DNA of 64,000 nucleotides, taken from NCBI GenBank assembly GCA_013239625.1, contig MU053379.1, positions 4,111,229-4,175,228 on the forward strand, read 5' to 3'. The stretch is from Lama guanicoe (taxonomy: Eukaryota). The notes under the pieces are model-generated. The model did no database searches, was not told the origin of the DNA, and worked only from the letters and a program-made list of their open reading frames with translations. Shown here piece by piece: positions 13,170 through 26,054 of this stretch. A program made the translations under genes and the position numbers. How positions within the stretch are numbered: position 1 is the first letter of the stretch; every line of letters begins with the position of its first letter.

Positions 13170-14960
13170 CATATTAATTATATGCAATTTATGTAAATTT
13201 ACATGGTATTGCTATCATTCACATATTTAAAATCAAATAGCCCAATCTTAGCTAATTGCTTTTTTCCTATAAAAGAAAAAAAAGCCTCACAAACTCTGTT
13301 TCTAAGTGAAAATGCAAATTACAGTTCCCATTTTTGATTAATATTTTCCTCCCTCCACTATTTGCAAAATAAGCAAAATATTTGAAGACTTTGAGGACGA
13401 TGGAGACACTGAATTGTAGCGCCCTCTCCCGTCTTGGAGTCCCTCACAGGCGTGGGTTTCTGGCAGCGCCCTCCCCCCTGCGCTGTCCCTGGAAAGCCAG
13501 TGACCCCCGCACGTGGGAGGTTCCCACGGAGACTCCCTGCCTGGCCGCGCTGGGTACTTGCATCACGCAGTTACTTCCTCGATTGGCAGAAGGTACATTT
13601 GGCTTAATGAGTTCCTTGGGTTTTTCTCTTCTGATTTTTCCCGAAATTTATCAATTTTCCTGGCATAGAAATAGAAGAAAAACACATACCCTGCTCTGCA
13701 GGGGAAGGACCTGAGCCAGGGTTAGCACCAAAGAGCAGCTCTGATGCCCTGTCGCTTTTTCCTTCCTTTCTGATGTTCTAATTTCTTCAAAACTTGATTC
13801 AACAATTGAATCATTTTCTTTCATTTTTCCCCCTTTAGTAGCTTTCATTTTTTTCTGGCTCTAATAATTTTTAAATGATTTTTTTCATTCTTGGGATAAA
13901 CTTTAATCACTTAACATGTTGTCTTGGCATTTTTAACCTTTTGAAATAATTGCTAAGCTTGCATTTCATGAAATTTCAATATCAGTTATTTTTTGACTGA
14001 ATAAGTTTTCCATAATAACATATAAAATTTTGTAATACTTTACTGTAATACTTGCTTTATGGATTATTAATAATAAGTATTATTAATAAATAATTAATAA
14101 TAAATAATATTAGTTCTTACATGATTTATGTTGCAATGGAGGTAATTCAGTTTAAACTGGGGGCCTGCCAATTTCATCTTGGCACTTTAAAAAACAACAG
14201 CTATGAATGTCAGTAAGAAACTGAATGTCATGTTGACCCTATGCTGTTAACAAAAAGTTATTTTTTTTTAACTTTCCTTGCAAAGGTCCTCACCAATGAG
14301 TTCACTACTCATAGAATCCTTACTTAAAAGTACAGGTTATTCCAGGTGCTAGATTGTCACTATCATTCAATTATGCTAATTTCTAAAGTTCAAAAGAAGA
14401 GTTACTTTCCTTCCATTGTCAGAAATGTTGTTACTATTCTAACTTTATTAGACCACGACGTCTTATTGCCTTCTGCTGGAAAATTCTCATAACAAATACA
14501 TCACTCCTGGGAGTCAAAGATGTTATGATAAAAACAGAGAAAAATGTCCCAGTGACAAGATGTCAGTGACGTGAATGGTGTCCCGTGGACAGGATGTCTG
14601 GTTAAGGTCATGGTTTCACGTGACACAGGGAACATGGCGGTCCCTGAATAGCACTAATATTGTCACTGATCAAATTGTGACAGAGCGTTGTTTACTCACA
14701 TGTAAAATGTGGCAACATTGACTAGACTGCAGGGCACAGAATAAACACTCAATGAAGGTGAGTTTCTTGTTTTACTCTTCATTCAAGAGGGGAAAACCCC
14801 TTCTAAGTTTGCAAAATGGCAAAAGTTTTAAAAAGAGGGTTTCTTATAGAGAATAACACTCATCTGACGTGTCCTAATATGTGGGTTGACAGCCAGTCAT
14901 TAATGAGCAAAATCTGAGTTTCATTCATTTTTTTTCATTCATTTAAAAACACCAGCATTT

Positions 14961-15390
14961 GCCACCCAAGTCTCCATCGCTGGATGAAGGGATGAACAAA
15001 GTGTGGTCCATAAATACAATGGACTATTACTCAGCCTTAGAAAGGAAGAAGATCCTGATACACCCTGTAAAATGGATGAACCTTGAGGACATTATGTTGA
15101 GTGAGAGGACCCAGACATGAAAGGACAAATACTGTGTGATTCCACTTACGTGAGGGCCCCGCATTGATGGAACTCACCACAGAAGCACAGAATGAGCGCT
15201 GGTTGCCGGGAGCTGGGCTGGATGGGGGTGGGGAGCTGCAGGTTAACGGGTACCAAGTGCCAGACGGGAAATTCTGCAGATGGATTTGCAACAATGTCCC
15301 TGCACTAATACTGCTGAACTGTACACTGAAAAAAACGGTTAAGATGGTAAATTCTGGGCTATGTATTGCATCACAATTTTAAAAAATTTT
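14961..15390 (+). mobile_element. L1MB-like LINE-1 3' end
   Basis: tacaatggactattactcagcctt, atggatgaaccttgaggacattatg, aaggacaaatactgtgtgattccactt, gaactgtacact...ggttaagatggtaaatt. Confidence 0.85.
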
Positions 15391-17409
15391 TCAAGTGAAA
15401 CTTACAGAATCTGCCTAAGATATTATTAATAAAATGAGAAGGGCCGTGAGGCAGCACACAGTTGGAAGCAGGCACTGAAGATAAATAAGACACATTCTAA
15501 ACAATGTTTCTTAAAAACACAAAAAACAAAAACAAGCATCTACTGGGCACCCGCTGTGCACTAGACCCGGAGGACACAGCCCGCTGCCAGGCAGGTGAGG
15601 CGTGTGTGCCGGAGCATCAGATGTGGAAGGACATGGCGACGACCACCACGTGAGCATCAGGGGGTTGAAAGCAGGAGGGTTTCCCAGGCCCTGCTTGAAG
15701 GCGGATCGGTGATTCCTCCCCACTGGCCCCGCCTCACCCGAGGGCCTCTCTCTTCCCACAGCACCATCTTAGTGTGGAGTTTACAGGCGGTCAGGCTGGG
15801 AGAGAGCTGGCCGGTGTCCACATGTGCAGTGTGGCCCTTCACGGGGCGGGTGAGGCTGGGCAGGAGGGGAGTCGTTCGCCGCCCCCCCAGGCCCTGGCTG
15901 GGGCCCCTCCTGCTGGCTCCAGCCGTGCCCTGCTGCCCGCTCATCTCCACATTCACATGCCCTCATCATCCCTCAGCCTGGAGAAGTTTATTTTTAGAGA
16001 CTTTTCTGAACAGGCATGGAGTTTATGGGATGATTTAAATTGAGCAGATGACACCGATGATTCTGTTTCTCACAGGGTGGGCATAAAAATGTCATTGCTT
16101 ATGGATTTCAAAAGCAACGGAATATGGGGAGGTTATTTTTTGCCTGGCATTCTTCAAACATAAAAATTAGTCTAAAGGGGGAAATCCACGTTATTACTGC
16201 CATTCCTGCAGTTCTGGGTGTTGACACTGGCCTGACTTCAGGGACGCCTCCAAGTCACTTTGCCTGAGGTCCTTCCTTCTGGGGCCCTGGAAGCCGCTCT
16301 ACCTGCGTGCACAGCACGCCGGCCTTCCTGGGACCGGATGCCTCCGGGAGCAGCCCTCAGCCAGCGATGGATGGGAGTCGGTGGGTACATACCCCGGCTC
16401 CCTCACCCGGGAGGAGGCAGTGGGTAACTCGGAGGCACGTGCTCCGTCCTGTCCCCAGAGTCCCCAGTGGCCCGAGGCTCTGGTGGCCCACAGCAGTGAT
16501 CTACCTGCCAACCCTGCCTGCTCTGCCTGCCTTTTCCCCCCACTCAGCTCAGGGCTCCCTGGAGCCACCTCCCCAAGGAGCTGGCCTGGAATTCTCATTC
16601 AGGACATTCTCTCCTCAATCAGACTCAGATACCCTCAGCCATCACTCTCCTTGCGGCTTGTAAATGTCTCCTGTTTAAAGCAGAAGCAACCAAACGTGGT
16701 GGGTGCGCACAGACAGAGACGGGGAGCACCTCGGCTCTCTAACTTTCCGGCATCCTTCGTCTAAATATCCAGCCCAAATCCCAGGGTCTCCTTATTTGAC
16801 TGGTTCACTCGACCCACGTATAGACACTGAAATCTCTGCCAGCCCGGTCTGCATGGCAATTTCAGGGCTGTGTACACTCCATAACTTAACTCCCCTGTAA
16901 AATTTCCACAGGGAAATCAGCGTTGGCCTGTATATTTGTTTGTTTTTGAGGTCGTGTGGGCTCTGTGTTTATCAACGCTGTGGAGCTTGCATATATATTG
17001 CAGATAAGGACAAATCAGGACCCTGCTCAGAATGCCTTCTCTTTAGACGCTTTCTTATTTCTTAATATTTCCATGATTGGGAGGGAAGCAGAGGAGAGAG
17101 AAGGGGGCATATGTTATTTAAACTCTCTCAGCACATATTTTTTGCCCTTAAGAGGAAGCTGACTATTACATAAGAAGAACAGTATGAGCTCTTACCTTAG
17201 ACGAGAAGAAAGTGCTCTTGCCCTTTATTTCAAACCAAAGCCACAGGATGGAGCAGCAGCGAGAGGAGACGGGGCTGGCTGCACACGTGAAACAGAGGGA
17301 GGGACCCCCGAGACGTCAGGCTATGCAGCAGCCTCCAGGATCCGCGCTCGAGTGGCCGGGCGCATGTCCCAGACGAGGGAAGGAGAGAGGGGTCGAGTCT
17401 CCCAGGTTT

Positions 17410-17960
17410 CGATTCAGTAAGTTCATACCGAGCATCCGCCCTGAGCTGGATCCTGGGCCAGTGGAAAGGAAAGAAGATGATCAGGACATTACGTTTGTGC
17501 TCAGGAAACACAACGGGGAAAATAAATCTAACAGATGTGCAGGTAAATGCGGAAAAATGGGTGGGATGAGTGAAGAGAAGGGAAGAGAAGTGCAGGGAGA
17601 CACATGCCCTGCGAAGGGAGCAGAACTAGAGGTGGAACCCACCCGGAGAGACTGGGAGAGGGCTCTAGGCCGTCTGCAGAGACGGTTTTGGGGGATGAAG
17701 GGAGCTGGCAAAGGGGAGAGGCTGGGAAGGGTGTCCAGGCTGAGGGTACAGCGCACGCAGAAGACGGGACGTGGAGGAACTGTGTGCAGGTGATGAGAAG
17801 CCACGCCCTCCAGCACCCGGCTCCTGCCCCCAGACCTGAAAAGGACAGAGAGAGAGAGGTTTTGGAAAATCCATAGCAGTGCTGGGAAACAAGAGGTGAG
17901 TCTCAGTGGGTCTGGGATTTTGAGGAATCCTAGTAAGATGGGAGACCAGATGAAGGGGGG
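17410..17960 (-). mobile_element. L2 LINE fragment
   Basis: Purine-rich antisense L2 pattern, e.g. gggaagggtgtccaggctgagggtacagc. Confidence 0.5.
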
Positions 17961-19309
17961 TGCCGCCCCAAGTGAAGGCAGAAAGGGGGGCAGCAAAACA
18001 GAGACTGAGCTCTTTTTAGGGCTCCAAGCTCTGAGGCAGCGGGTGGAGGGGGAGTCCCGGGCCGCCCTGGGTGGCTACTTGGGAAACCGAGTCAGAGCCG
18101 CCCACCCTTGTGGTCACGGCAGCCCAAGCGGCCACGCAGCAGAGTGGGTGGGCGGGGGTGGCTGAAGTCAGGGCATGGTTTGGCGGCAGGCTGGCCCACA
18201 CGTCCTGCCCAGCGGGAAAGGGGGCGGGCAGGGGCATCATCCAAACGCGGGTTAACGGGGAATTTCAGCTGTGAGGGAAACACATAGCCGAGAATCATCT
18301 AACATTTAAAGAGAAGTCGCAGTCTGTGTGCAGCCCCTGTAGAAAGACTTCCAGGGAAACACGCTGGCCCTACAGCACGTGTGCGCCATTGAAAACAGAC
18401 CTCTCAATGTTGCCTAAAAGGGTGGAGCTCAGGGAAGAAACTTACGGGGACCTGGGGACTGGCTTTGGTCAGGGGTCGGCCTGGACAGGGTGTGCAGACC
18501 AGGTGAGCGGCAGAGCCCGAGGAGGCGTCCGCCGCAAGCGGGTCCCAGGGGTGCTGTGGGGATGAGCCGGCATCTGGGGCCAAGTGCGTGCGTCTTGGGG
18601 GTCACGGTGGTTTCTGTCTCCTTTCTCACAAGAGAGACACCGAATTCAGCAGAAAGTATCTTGTAACTAAAACCTGGTTCATTTACGTGAAATAAAATGC
18701 AAAGCCCCACAGCACCAGCGAGGAGATCACCCCCGAGACACAGGCCGCGCTGCGAGGGGGGGGACCCGACGGACCGCGGAAGCCAGGAGCCAGCGCCTCC
18801 GCAGTGGGCCCGGGCCGAGCAGAGGGTCAAAGCCCAAACTCACAAGCAAGAATGAGGGGAGACAGACAGACACACAGACGGCATTGGAAGAATATTTAAA
18901 TGTGGAAAGTGGATCTAAAAAGTGCAAATTAACCCCTTTAAGGAGAAGATGCAAAAAAGAATCGATGGTGCGGAAGGCACAAGGCAGCTCAAGAAATGGT
19001 GCAAGTTTGTCCAGAGCTTGAAAGAGACACGCACAGGACGATGTTTCAGAGCCCCACGGGCAGGCCGCACAGGAGCGAGAGCAGAGGGCTCGGGGGCCCC
19101 GACGCCCCCTAGGACAGAAGCCCGCCTCCCCGCAGCCGGAGGCGGAGCTGCAGACCGCCCGGCCATCACGCGGAGCCACAGCTCTGCAGCCGCGGGCGCT
19201 GTGACTCCAGGGCTGGGCAGCGACCCACGAGTCAGCGAGAAAAGGGGGGAAGCATAAGGGAAAAATGGGCTTACTGTTTAAAAATGAATAATCCAGAACC
19301 AAAACCCTA

Positions 19310-19520
19310 CAGAGCTCTGTCCAGCAGAAACATAATAGAAAACTATTATGGGCCACATCTGTAACTTAATTTTCTAGGAGTCACATTTAGAAAGGGGGAA
19401 AAAAAGTTGAATGAATTTATTGAATTGAATACAAGTTTATATTCAATCTCATTCTCTTATTAGCATTACTAAAATTATATTTTTAATAGACAGCTGTGTT
19501 TTGCTTTACACAATTCTTAC
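19310..19520 (+). mobile_element. MER33-like hAT-Charlie fragment
   Basis: cagagctctgtccagcagaaacataat...gccacatctgtaacttaattttctaggagtcacattt. Confidence 0.6.
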
Positions 19521-22500
19521 CTAAAACTTCTGTCTGGAGAGCTACTTAATTTCCTCTTACTCTAGTGCGTGGATGGATGAAACCCAGATTAACTGTCATT
19601 CTCCTCCAGCCGTTACTCGCTTCGGATTGCCGAGAGATGGTTTAAAAAGCCATGCTGACGCAGTGCTGAATACCAACTTTAGAAATTATTAGTTCAACAA
19701 ATCCAAACAAACTTCCAATCAAGAAAAGCTGAAGTGATTTCACAATGTGTCTCAATACTGACTTTTGTTCTTCAGCTTTTGGGTGTTTCTACAGCAGGAT
19801 GAGGAAATGCCAACCAGGGACTAAAACCCCAGCGTCGTGACAAACATACGTTGCGCCTCGTGCAGCGGTGCAGGCAGACGTGCCAGCGGTGAGCGCCAGG
19901 CACCGGCCCGGAGCGCCCCCTCTCGCTCATGCCGCGGCTGGAGGGGCCTGTCACCCTGTCTGCCACTGACGAGTACTTTCCCTCTTCGTCCTCAAGAAAC
20001 GTGAATTACAGGATACTCTGTTTTCCCTCTAATTCGTATGCTGAGCCCATTGACAGTCAGGCGTTAGAATTCTCAGTGGCACAGCCCGCAACGCAGTGTC
20101 GTGCAGCTCCGGAGAGGGCCGGCCCGACGCCGCAGCACGGCTAGCGTGGCCTCCCTGGGCGCCCGGGGCTGGCGGGGCGGGGCGCTGAGCTCGCACTCCC
20201 ACCGTGTGGACCCCGCGGGTGTGAGGACCATAAGCAGGGCTTCTCCAGGTTTCATTCCAAGACCAGACACACGAGGACTAGCAGAATCTCTCGTTTGTTT
20301 TCTGTAGGACTTTCTGGCCCCTAAAATAGGCTGCTGCTCCTTTATTACAGGTAATAGCATTTCCAGAATCTGTTTTGCTTGTTTAACCCAGAATTCCATG
20401 TGGCCAGGACATAATTTTTCCTCTGATGCCCAGCACACGCTGGGAGCCCACACACACCAGCACAAACGAGACCCAGACGAGGAGCTGCTGCATCTCTGCT
20501 GAGCCGGGCCGACGCGAGATACAGGGCGCCGCGCTGCTCGCTCTGCTTTCTAAGATGCAAGGCTCGATCGATCATCAGTACTGCCATCAGCATAGAGACG
20601 CAGTCAAGTTTCTTTCAAGGGTGTCCCCACAAGTGCGCTGACGTTCACGACCACATCTACCTCCTGAGACCAGGTGAGGACAGGGAAGGGGCACTGCTTT
20701 CCAAGGAAAGGAAGTGAGTGAGCGGGAACACTGAGCTTCCTGCCCCCGCGATGAGACGCGCTAGGAGGAGCAGGCTAACGGGGTACGTGTATTAAAAATA
20801 ACCTCCCCAGAAGAATGCCACCTGGGAGCAGTCTTATCCAACTCTCACTCCAGAGATGGAGGAACTGAGAATAAGAACAAACAGGAGCAGCAAGCAGTGC
20901 CCCTCGGGCTGGAGCTCAAGTGCCCCAACTTCCAGCTCGTGTTCTTCCCGCGCAGAGATGCTCCTCTAGGTTGTTGCAGCAGAAGTGGCCCTGGCTCACA
21001 AAGGCTTCGGTGTCGAGATACGGCAGCGGGCCTGACGGAGCAGCCTCCAGGGAGAGGAGGGGAATGAAGGACTGTAAGGTTCCGGGATTCAGCCAAGATG
21101 GAGTGGAAGGAAGGCAGCTTCCCTGGGCCGAACCGAGCATGCGCCGTGGGCAGTGGCTGTCCTGACGGGCACCCGAGCCTCCAGGAGGCCACCAGGCTTG
21201 CAGACCATCCCATCATGTTTTTCCAAACAACTGGCTATTTAACCGTGCACCCTGATTCTCATTCCTTCTTCAGTATCTGACTATATTTTGGCAAAAGGAC
21301 TTATTCTGCACTGGGAAATACATCAGGTACAATTTGGACTCCAAATTCCAGGGGCAGGTGGATCACTTACAGAGACTTGCATCAAAGTGCCCCTCACCTG
21401 CTGACGTGGGGAGTCGGGAACTGCACACTCCTTGTCATATACAACTTTCGTTGTGGTCTTAGAACTGCGTCAATGCCAGTCAGGGCAGGGGCGTGTCAAC
21501 ATGATGTTGGGACAAATACGATGATTGAGTCAAAGAGAGTTCTTGGATTGTATCTAATGAGAAGTGTGACACAATGTTTGTACCTCCAGGCAACATGTAT
21601 GAACCACGTAAATGCTGAAAAGAAGTCGCAGGAGAACCGGGGCCATCGCAGGGCTTGACTTGGACCAGGTGGAGGACGCCCTCCAACCTGGAGGACACCC
21701 CGCCACCCCCAGCTGCCCATCCCTGCTCCCTGGGCTCGGGCAGCTGTGGTCGCTGGAGCCTGCCCTTCCTGAAGGTGCTACTGGCTGGAACGTCTGGGGG
21801 ACCAGCAGCCCTGAGAAGCCCTTGACCCGTCACCAAGATCTAGTGGTCAGCACCGCAGGCCCCCCGCCTGGTTAGGATGCCTGACGCGAGTGGTCTACCC
21901 TGGCGCCTGCGGGTCCCAGCAAGACGAGGTCCCTGTCGCCCACAGTGGGGACGGGCTTGGTGTCGGTCCCTTTACTAACTGCCCTCCTGACTCACTCCCG
22001 CTCCTTGACGGCTGTTTCCTGGGACCTCCCTCCAAGTCAGCTGCTGGCACGTGAGCCCTGATTTTGGTCTGCTTCTAGGCAAGCCCAAGTCAGACAGCAC
22101 GACCCCCGTTCCTCCTGGGACTGGTCTGAGCAGGGCTGGTGGCAGGGCCGGGGCGCACCACGGCGGCCCGCGTGCCCGCCCGGGGCTCTCGCGGGCGGGT
22201 CTTGTGAGTTCCAGCTGGGTGAACGCGACCCGTGCTCGCCCCGTCCAGCTGGCACCCGCTGCCAGGAGCGCGGAGCGTTGGGGTAAACATGACATTTTCC
22301 TCACGCTCAGCAAGACGGGAAGTTCATTAAATTTGGTGTAAATCTTTGCCTTTAAAGTGCCAGCTGGTGATTTATTTTCTCCTTCTGTTTAGACTTTGTG
22401 GAGCGTGGGTGCCAACCCCTGGAATCCAACCCAAAACCCCAAGCGAGGTCCTGTTGATAAATCAACAAAAGGCCTGTTTGCACAGCGCGAGCCAGACGCG

Positions 22501-22944
22501 AAGCCCCCGTCCTCGAGGCTCAGTCTAATGACCATTTTTCAATGCTATAAAAGGTGCCGTGTCAAAGCATCTTACTAATTCTCACCTTGGCTTCTAAAAA
22601 ACATCCTTTGGCTGCCTTCCTTCAAAGAAAATCCGCAGATAAACAAACCTCTAAAGGAACTCCACGGCGGAAAACGTGTTTCGGGGAGAGCAGCTTGCTT
22701 CAGGGGGCCGGCGGCGGCCCAGGCCTGCGCATCCCCGTGTCACAGCGGGCGGCGCAGCCCCCTGGCCTGGCTGCCCCAGCCCCCGAGGCGTGTGGACGGG
22801 CTCTTGCGTGAGATCTTGGAGAAACCTAGGTAGCGTTGCTGAGACGTTGTTAATTCCTGCTTGTGCTCAGCTGAGGCTCGGACACGTGCCTGAATCCACC
22901 CGACCCTCCGTTTCCTCCTCTGGGATTGCTGAAAGGATTAAAGG

Positions 22945-23210
22945 CACGCACTTGTTTGTTCCTCCATCCCAGAAGTAGTACTGGGCGTCTATTCTGTGCC
23001 AGAGTCGGGCTGGGCGTGGGGATGGACAGGCGAACCCAACGGTCACGGCCAGAGGGAAGAAGTCCAGGCATCGTGAAGCAGTGAATTCAGAGACAAAGGA
23101 GAAAACGAGGCTGATGGAGCTGGAAGGGTTTCAAAGCCCGTGATAAGGAGTTTGGTCTTTGGAAACCACTAGAAGGTACTGAGCAGGGGAGGAGGGACAT
23201 GAGAACGAAC
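22945..23210 (-). mobile_element. L2 LINE fragments
   Basis: tactgggcgtctattctgtgccag...gggctgggcgtggggat and taaggagtttggtcttt...aaccactagaagg...gagcagggga. Confidence 0.5.
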
Positions 23211-25199
23211 CAGAGGCAAGAGAAGAATGACTGAAATAGTGGGTAATAACACAGAGCATCTGGACCAGGTCCCACACAGCACGGGCTTCAGCAAGTGTCG
23301 GTTCTCGCTTCCTCTTTGCCTCTTTCCCCTCGGAGAAGGGAGCCAGCACTCCGCCCTTCCCCGCTTCCTCTAAGGCGTATCACCTGGTAACTGTTAAGCT
23401 GTCACCTCCCTGCATGATCCAATTATCCACATGTGGGCAAAGATCATTCGTTCTTTGGAAAGAGGAAATTGGGAATTAAGTTTTATGAGCTAACGTAGAA
23501 AAGGCTTCTGTTTAACCAGAATCATCATAAAATTTTTACACATTTCCTACCAGTGCCTGTGGTGAGGCACAGGAGAGGCTGCCGGATTCTGGAGGTCATA
23601 TGGTGTGATCAAGGACAGCCCAGATGACCGAGCAAGAGGGGAAGAGGTCTGCCTTCGTGAATATAGGCCTGCATCCTGCAATATTCTTGGCACATTGGTT
23701 ACATCCATTTCTGGTAAACAGGGTAGGCATTTGAAAGAACAAGGCAGTGAGTTGGGCAGAGCTATTGTTCATGGAACTTTGCAACCAGGTGGGACGTGAG
23801 CTTGGAAAACGTTGAGCTGCGTAGGCTTGTAGAGATAAAGGCATCTAAACTGCTGAATGCTGCTGGACAAAGAGAGTCCTGTTGAGCTTTTGTCTTTGAA
23901 GTACGCGAAAGACGGACGGAGACACACAGAGCCACGTCCCCGTCCACGAGCTTCGAGGAGACCGAGAAACCAAGCGGGAAGGACGCTTTCCAAAACAGAG
24001 GTCCTCAGGGCCCCCAGAAAGCTTCGTTCTGCTGTATATAGATCGAGAAGGGCAGGGAAGGGACGAGCTCATTACCGGGTGTAGATTTAACCATCGCCCA
24101 AGAAGAACGATCTTCCAGTTGGAAATCTGAAAGACAGACTCAAAATCCAGACTCGGCGACGTGCTGGGGAGTAGCTCGGCCTGAGCAGGGGGCCTGAGGC
24201 ACCGGCAGGCGGGACCACAAAGCTGTCCCAGGAGTGAAAGCAAATCACGAGAACTGTCAGCAGGCTACAGACAAGCAAAGCTGGCTATGTTTTTCAAAGA
24301 CTTACTAGGCTGTGTTCTGAAAGTGATAAACCAGCGAGTATGTGGCTGATGCCCAAAAGAAATCCTAGAATAAAAATGTAAACGAGATTTCTGAGCTCTT
24401 AATAAGGAGTGAGCATAGGAGCCCAATGAGGTCACTACACGTGGCTGTTGATCCATTTCTCATCACGTTTCTGAAGAGGGCGTATCTGGACCACACGAGA
24501 GCGGCTGGGACTGTTTCCGGGAGATTCGGACAGTCACCTGCTAAGAGAGGATCCTGCCAGGTACTTCCAGATCAGAGAGGCGCCTTGCTGATGCAGAACG
24601 AAGATGAATTCCTCACTGTGTCGCATCACGCCATCTGCTCGGGGCAGAGGTTCCCATCCTGGATTTTCTCTAAGGGCAAGTGGACAAATCGACCTATCAC
24701 GTCCTTCCTGCGAGTTCGACAACACACAGAAAGGAGCCGCTCCCCTGTGAGCGGAGTGGTAGGTGTCATGTCACATCACTGCTCTTCCTGCTGGGCAATG
24801 CTGTCCTCCCTAGCAGATGGGCAACAGTGACTGTTGCTGTCTGGATACAAGTACAGCTTTAGTGGCGTTGTGTTTGGAATTAGCTGAGCGATCACTGCCC
24901 TCTAGTCCTCCACCGACACTGGGGGGTGGAACGAAGTTATACATTTCCACGAGGAGCCGTGAGGAAGCGCCATCGCTTCTGCAGGGGTTTCAGCTCAGCC
25001 GGGAGGCTGGCAAGGTGGGCTGTAACTGGGACGGAGGGGCCGTGATCCCGCCAGTGAGCTCCACGCCGGCATGGCCCCGGGGAGCTCTGCACGGCGGGGA
25101 CCTTACCCGTCTGCGCTACATGCACACTTGGCCAGGCTGTGTAAACTTTGACATGTGGGTGTCAGTCTTTCTCATATTTGCAGATGGCTTTATCAGAGC

Positions 25200-25800
25200 G
25201 TGATTGGTTTCCAGAACAAATTTGAGCAAAAGGAAACATTACCTGCAGTGCGTAAGCCAGCGGACCAGCTAGTCTTCAGATTTGTCTGTTTACATGGGCA
25301 CCGGCTGTCTTGCTAAGGCGCTAAAACTGCTGGTGATTGAGCAGTGCCAGTGTGTCAGTGGGAGCTGATGAGTTGTAAAGGTTTTATAAACAACCAGGGT
25401 GGATTTGGCCACAGCCTCACTGGTAATGTTTGTTAATCTCCCGGAGCAAGTGTGCACCTAACACAATGTAAATACTCCAGAATTTGGAGGTGTCAATAGT
25501 GTAACTTTTACTGTTTGGAAAATCATTCTTTGATATCATCAGTAAGTTTACTGAATGTCCCATGGCCAAATATAATAAAACCTTAAGTAAGCGCTTGCAG
25601 AGAAATGAGGGAAAACATGTGTTTTATTTTTACTCCGCTGCCTGTTTGTTGAAGGATCACCGCGGACAGATAAATACAGTCGTGACTGCCCGCGTGCAGA
25701 CTCCTGCGTGGCTCCCAGCGAAGGTTAGCTTTATTCCACTCTCAGAAGGAAAAGTGTCGTTTACAATTACTGGATGACTTTGTTTACGTAGTTTGCAGAG
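25200..25800. promoter_or_regulatory. Candidate enhancer (forkhead/SOX/TCF motif cluster)
   Basis: Repeat-free AT-richer block: TGTTTAC 25287 and 25781, ATAAACA 25386, GTAAATA 25468, ACAATG 25463, CTTTGAT 25528. Confidence 0.4.
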
Positions 25801-26042
25801 AAAGTCTTACCGTAGAACTTTCAGGGAAAAACCTTTATTGTCCCCAGATTATCAGCAGAGAAGACAAAGTTTCTTCAAAATTATCTGCAGCAGAATTGTC
25901 GGGGGGTGGAGCTGGTGTCTGCTGTGTCCAGTCAGGTACAAGCTTCCCGGGTGCACACCTGTTTGTGGGCGTGGCCGTGCCTTCAGGTGGTGTCAGATGC
26001 GGGGTGCTGAGACCTCCGCTTAGGTCCCAGCCGCTTTGTGAG

Positions 26043-26054
26043 CCACTAGGGGGC
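26043..26054 (+). promoter_or_regulatory. Candidate CTCF site
   Basis: CCACTAGGGGGC matches the CTCF core CCASYAGRKGGC. Confidence 0.4.

Noticed and set aside
18930..19030. Minus-strand exon-like stretch LDKLAPFLELPCAFRTIDSFLHLLLK (and FFQKLDKFLLSFIIK near 9610-9675)
   Set aside because: Acceptor-like sites are present, but there are no convincing donors and no recognisable protein.
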